Program-made: the position numbers and the translations under genes
Assembly: GCA_002778455.1 (NCBI GenBank)
Contig: PFCD01000019.1
Location: 10,243-74,242, forward strand
Length of the DNA stretch: 64,000 bases
Direction of reading: 5' to 3'
Source: Candidatus Micrarchaeota archaeon CG10_big_fil_rev_8_21_14_0_10_45_29
GTDB lineage: Archaea; Micrarchaeota; Micrarchaeia; Anstonellales; Anstonellaceae
In this document: positions 62,321 through 64,000 of the stretch, in pieces
Position numbering within the stretch: the stretch's first letter is position 1
How the letters are laid out: every line of letters begins with the position of its first letter
Notes under the pieces: model-generated
Databases searched by the model: none
The model's input: the letters and a program-made list of their open reading frames with translations, nothing else
Told to the model about the DNA's origin: nothing

Positions 62321-63463
62321 TTAGTTTTTTGCAAGGGTTTGGATAAAGGAATCATCAATTTGTAGGACATCAAGCTGGGCGCATCTGCATTTTTTTCCTA
62401 ATATGGATGAGATGCTCGGAAATGTGCGCCCTTCATCCGAGTGGATAAGCTCTTTTATGTATGTGCCGGCTTCTGCGAATATGTCAAGGGTTAATTTTCC
62501 TTCGCTTGCCTTATGCAACTTAATTGAAAAAACGCGCCTTTTTCTTTTCAAATCCGCGCGCCTTCCCAATACGCGGATGGGAGTTAGCTGATTTATTGTG
62601 AGAGGAAGCGCCTCTTTTAGTTTTTCAAAATCGGGGAGTGCGAGGGGCGTGTCTGCTTCCACTATGGCGCGGTAATGCTTATCGAAGTGGGAGGTGCATA
62701 TTGCCTCTATCCAAAAATAAGGGCAATGCTGCAAATCAATTGCCTGCAGAGGATGCGAATTTTGCAAATTTTTTGCCAAAGGCGCAAGAGGCAAATTTCT
62801 TTTTTTTGGGGAAACTAATTCAAGCACAAATGGGCGCCCGCCCAAATTCATTACATCCACGTCCTCTCGCCCTGAGGCGTGCAAGTATGCGGTTTTTGCG
62901 CCAAAGGCGGGGGCAAATGCGTTGCGCATGGCGGATTCTATTGACGGGTAATTTTGCGCATGAAAATCGCATTTTTTGCATCCTTTTCCCGCGCAAAAGG
63001 AGCAAGCCCAGTCGTGCTGGCAATAGTTTCTTGCGTTTTTTATATAATGGCCGAAAATGCAGAGGCTGGCTGAAATTGCTTTTGCACGCATTTCCTTGAA
63101 ATTTAGGGAAAAGCGCATTTGCGCATGCGTGTTTGGGGCGCTTTGTTTTTTTGTTTTCTTTTTTATATATGCAATTGCGATATTGTTTGCCTGGTTTTTT
63201 ATGTCAAGGGTAAGAGCCAAATTTTCCCCGTCGCGCGCCTGCTCCTCGCGCAAGAGGAGGGATTTTTCAAACGTTGTTGAAACGCTAAAGGCAGAATATT
63301 CATAGTCTTGCGCAAGGGATATTGCCTCATCGCATAATTTTTCTATGCTTTGCATTTTTCCCGCGCATACAAGGCACTTGCTGCTTGTTTTTGCTTTTTT
63401 TGCATAAGGGTGGCGAGAATGCCTTTTGATGCATAAAGAGCAGAGAGAAAATGGCTTATTCAT
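62321..63463 (-). CDS. pus10: tRNA pseudouridine synthase Pus10
   Basis: N-terminal Zn-binding Cys pairs, a THUMP-like region and the catalytic GREDVDVMNLGGRPFVLE. I trimmed the ORF to ATG 63463. Confidence 0.85.
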   Translation of the reverse strand: MNKPFSLCSLCIKRHSRHPYAKKAKTSSKCLVCAGKMQSIEKLCDEAISLAQDYEYSAFSVSTTFEKSLLLREEQARDGENLALTLDIKNQANNIAIAYIKKKTKKQSAPNTHAQMRFSLNFKEMRAKAISASLCIFGHYIKNARNYCQHDWACSFCAGKGCKKCDFHAQNYPSIESAMRNAFAPAFGAKTAYLHASGREDVDVMNLGGRPFVLELVSPKKRNLPLAPLAKNLQNSHPLQAIDLQHCPYFWIEAICTSHFDKHYRAIVEADTPLALPDFEKLKEALPLTINQLTPIRVLGRRADLKRKRRVFSIKLHKASEGKLTLDIFAEAGTYIKELIHSDEGRTFPSISSILGKKCRCAQLDVLQIDDSFIQTLAKN

Positions 63464-63514
63464 GAATAAGTATGTGCACAAGCGGTTTTAATATTTCATG
63501 CCCCAAATAAGTGC

Positions 63515-64000
63515 ATGGCATACCCATTTATTGTAATTGAGGGAATAGACGGCAGCGGCAAGGCGGGGCAGGCGCAGATGGTTATTAATTTCATAAAGCG
63601 GCTGAGGGTGCGCCATTTTTTGCATAAATACCCTACCGAGGAGGCGAAGCGGGTGTTTGCGCATCTTGAAGGGAAAAAAAATGTGCCGCAGGATGAGCTT
63701 TTTGAAGAATTTTTAAATGACATAAAAAATTCGCAGGAAAAATTAAATGCGGATTTGCTAAAAGGATGGGTTGTCTCCGACAGGTATTGCCATTCAACTG
63801 CCGCGTATCAGGGAGTTGGGGGAAAGCTTGGGGAGAGAATGCGTGAGATTGAGAGGGAGGGGCTGCTAAAGCCGAATATGGTTTTTTGGCTTGATTTAAG
63901 TGTTGAGGAAGCGATGAAAAGAAAGGCGGGGCAGAAAAGCTTGGATAAGCATGAGGCGGATGCAAAACTTTTGCTTGAAGTTAGGGAGAATTATGAGAAG
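63515..64000 (+). CDS. tmk: Thymidylate kinase, partial (runs off the right edge)
   Basis: My own translation gives MAYPFIVIEGIDGSGKAGQAQ... (P-loop) and VVSDRYCHSTAAYQG (DR motif). The frame stays open to position 64000. Confidence 0.85.
   Translation, partial: MAYPFIVIEGIDGSGKAGQAQMVINFIKRLRVRHFLHKYPTEEAKRVFAHLEGKKNVPQDELFEEFLNDIKNSQEKLNADLLKGWVVSDRYCHSTAAYQGVGGKLGERMREIEREGLLKPNMVFWLDLSVEEAMKRKAGQKSLDKHEADAKLLLEVRENYEK

Noticed and set aside
1-64000. CRISPR arrays, rRNA genes, IS elements, integrases or prophage modules
   Set aside because: I found no regularly spaced direct repeats and no rRNA-like conserved blocks. No product resembled a transposase, integrase, terminase or capsid protein. 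The giant-gene block lacks any recognisable viral hallmark.

Overview
This is a compact, gene-dense archaeal chromosomal segment. The information-processing genes are unambiguously archaeal: two Orc1/Cdc6 paralogs, family-B DNA polymerase, Rpo7/Spt4/RpoK, ribosomal protein eS26, Pus10, Dph5, NreA, DtdA and SepF. Many start codons are preceded by GGTGA-type Shine-Dalgarno motifs, which I used to refine starts where the ORF track began at TTG or GTG. The gene mix (eS26, a bacterial-type GAPDH, many orphan secreted and membrane proteins, charged low-complexity tails on core proteins) suggests an uncultivated small-genome, DPANN-like lineage; that is inference only. Housekeeping content includes nadK, tsaC, argG plus a divergent argH-like gene, pyrG, pgk, gap, mvk, dph5, tmk, htpX/lemA, nfo, a class III signal pilin and an A24 prepilin peptidase. 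I saw no rRNA, convincing tRNA, CRISPR array, integrase or transposase. The standout feature is a co-directional block of four very large orphan genes on the minus strand (40388-53704, about one fifth of the window). The two largest products share a short N-terminal peptide, M(AF)LFQL(N/R)VYRSQKE(G/A)GGS, that is conserved at protein level. Two products carry long amphipathic beta-strand modules, and one of these ends in a motif matching the bacterial outer-membrane beta-signal (TLGLDFKF-COOH). One product has a long E/P/K-rich tail with two RRRRR(I/T)PPK motifs, and the last gene encodes a Sec-signal, Cys-rich, CARDB-like surface protein. Secondary leads are listed here.
- A VirB2/TedC-like two-helix mini-protein with neighbouring polytopic membrane proteins.
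- A fumarate-lyase (ArgH-like) protein with a degenerate catalytic loop.
- A SpoT-like HD protein with a large unknown C-terminal region.
- A DUF4258/DUF2283 toxin-antitoxin-like pair in an AT-rich islet.
- Several GC-rich structured intergenic islands.
- A candidate replication origin next to sepF and orc1/cdc6.
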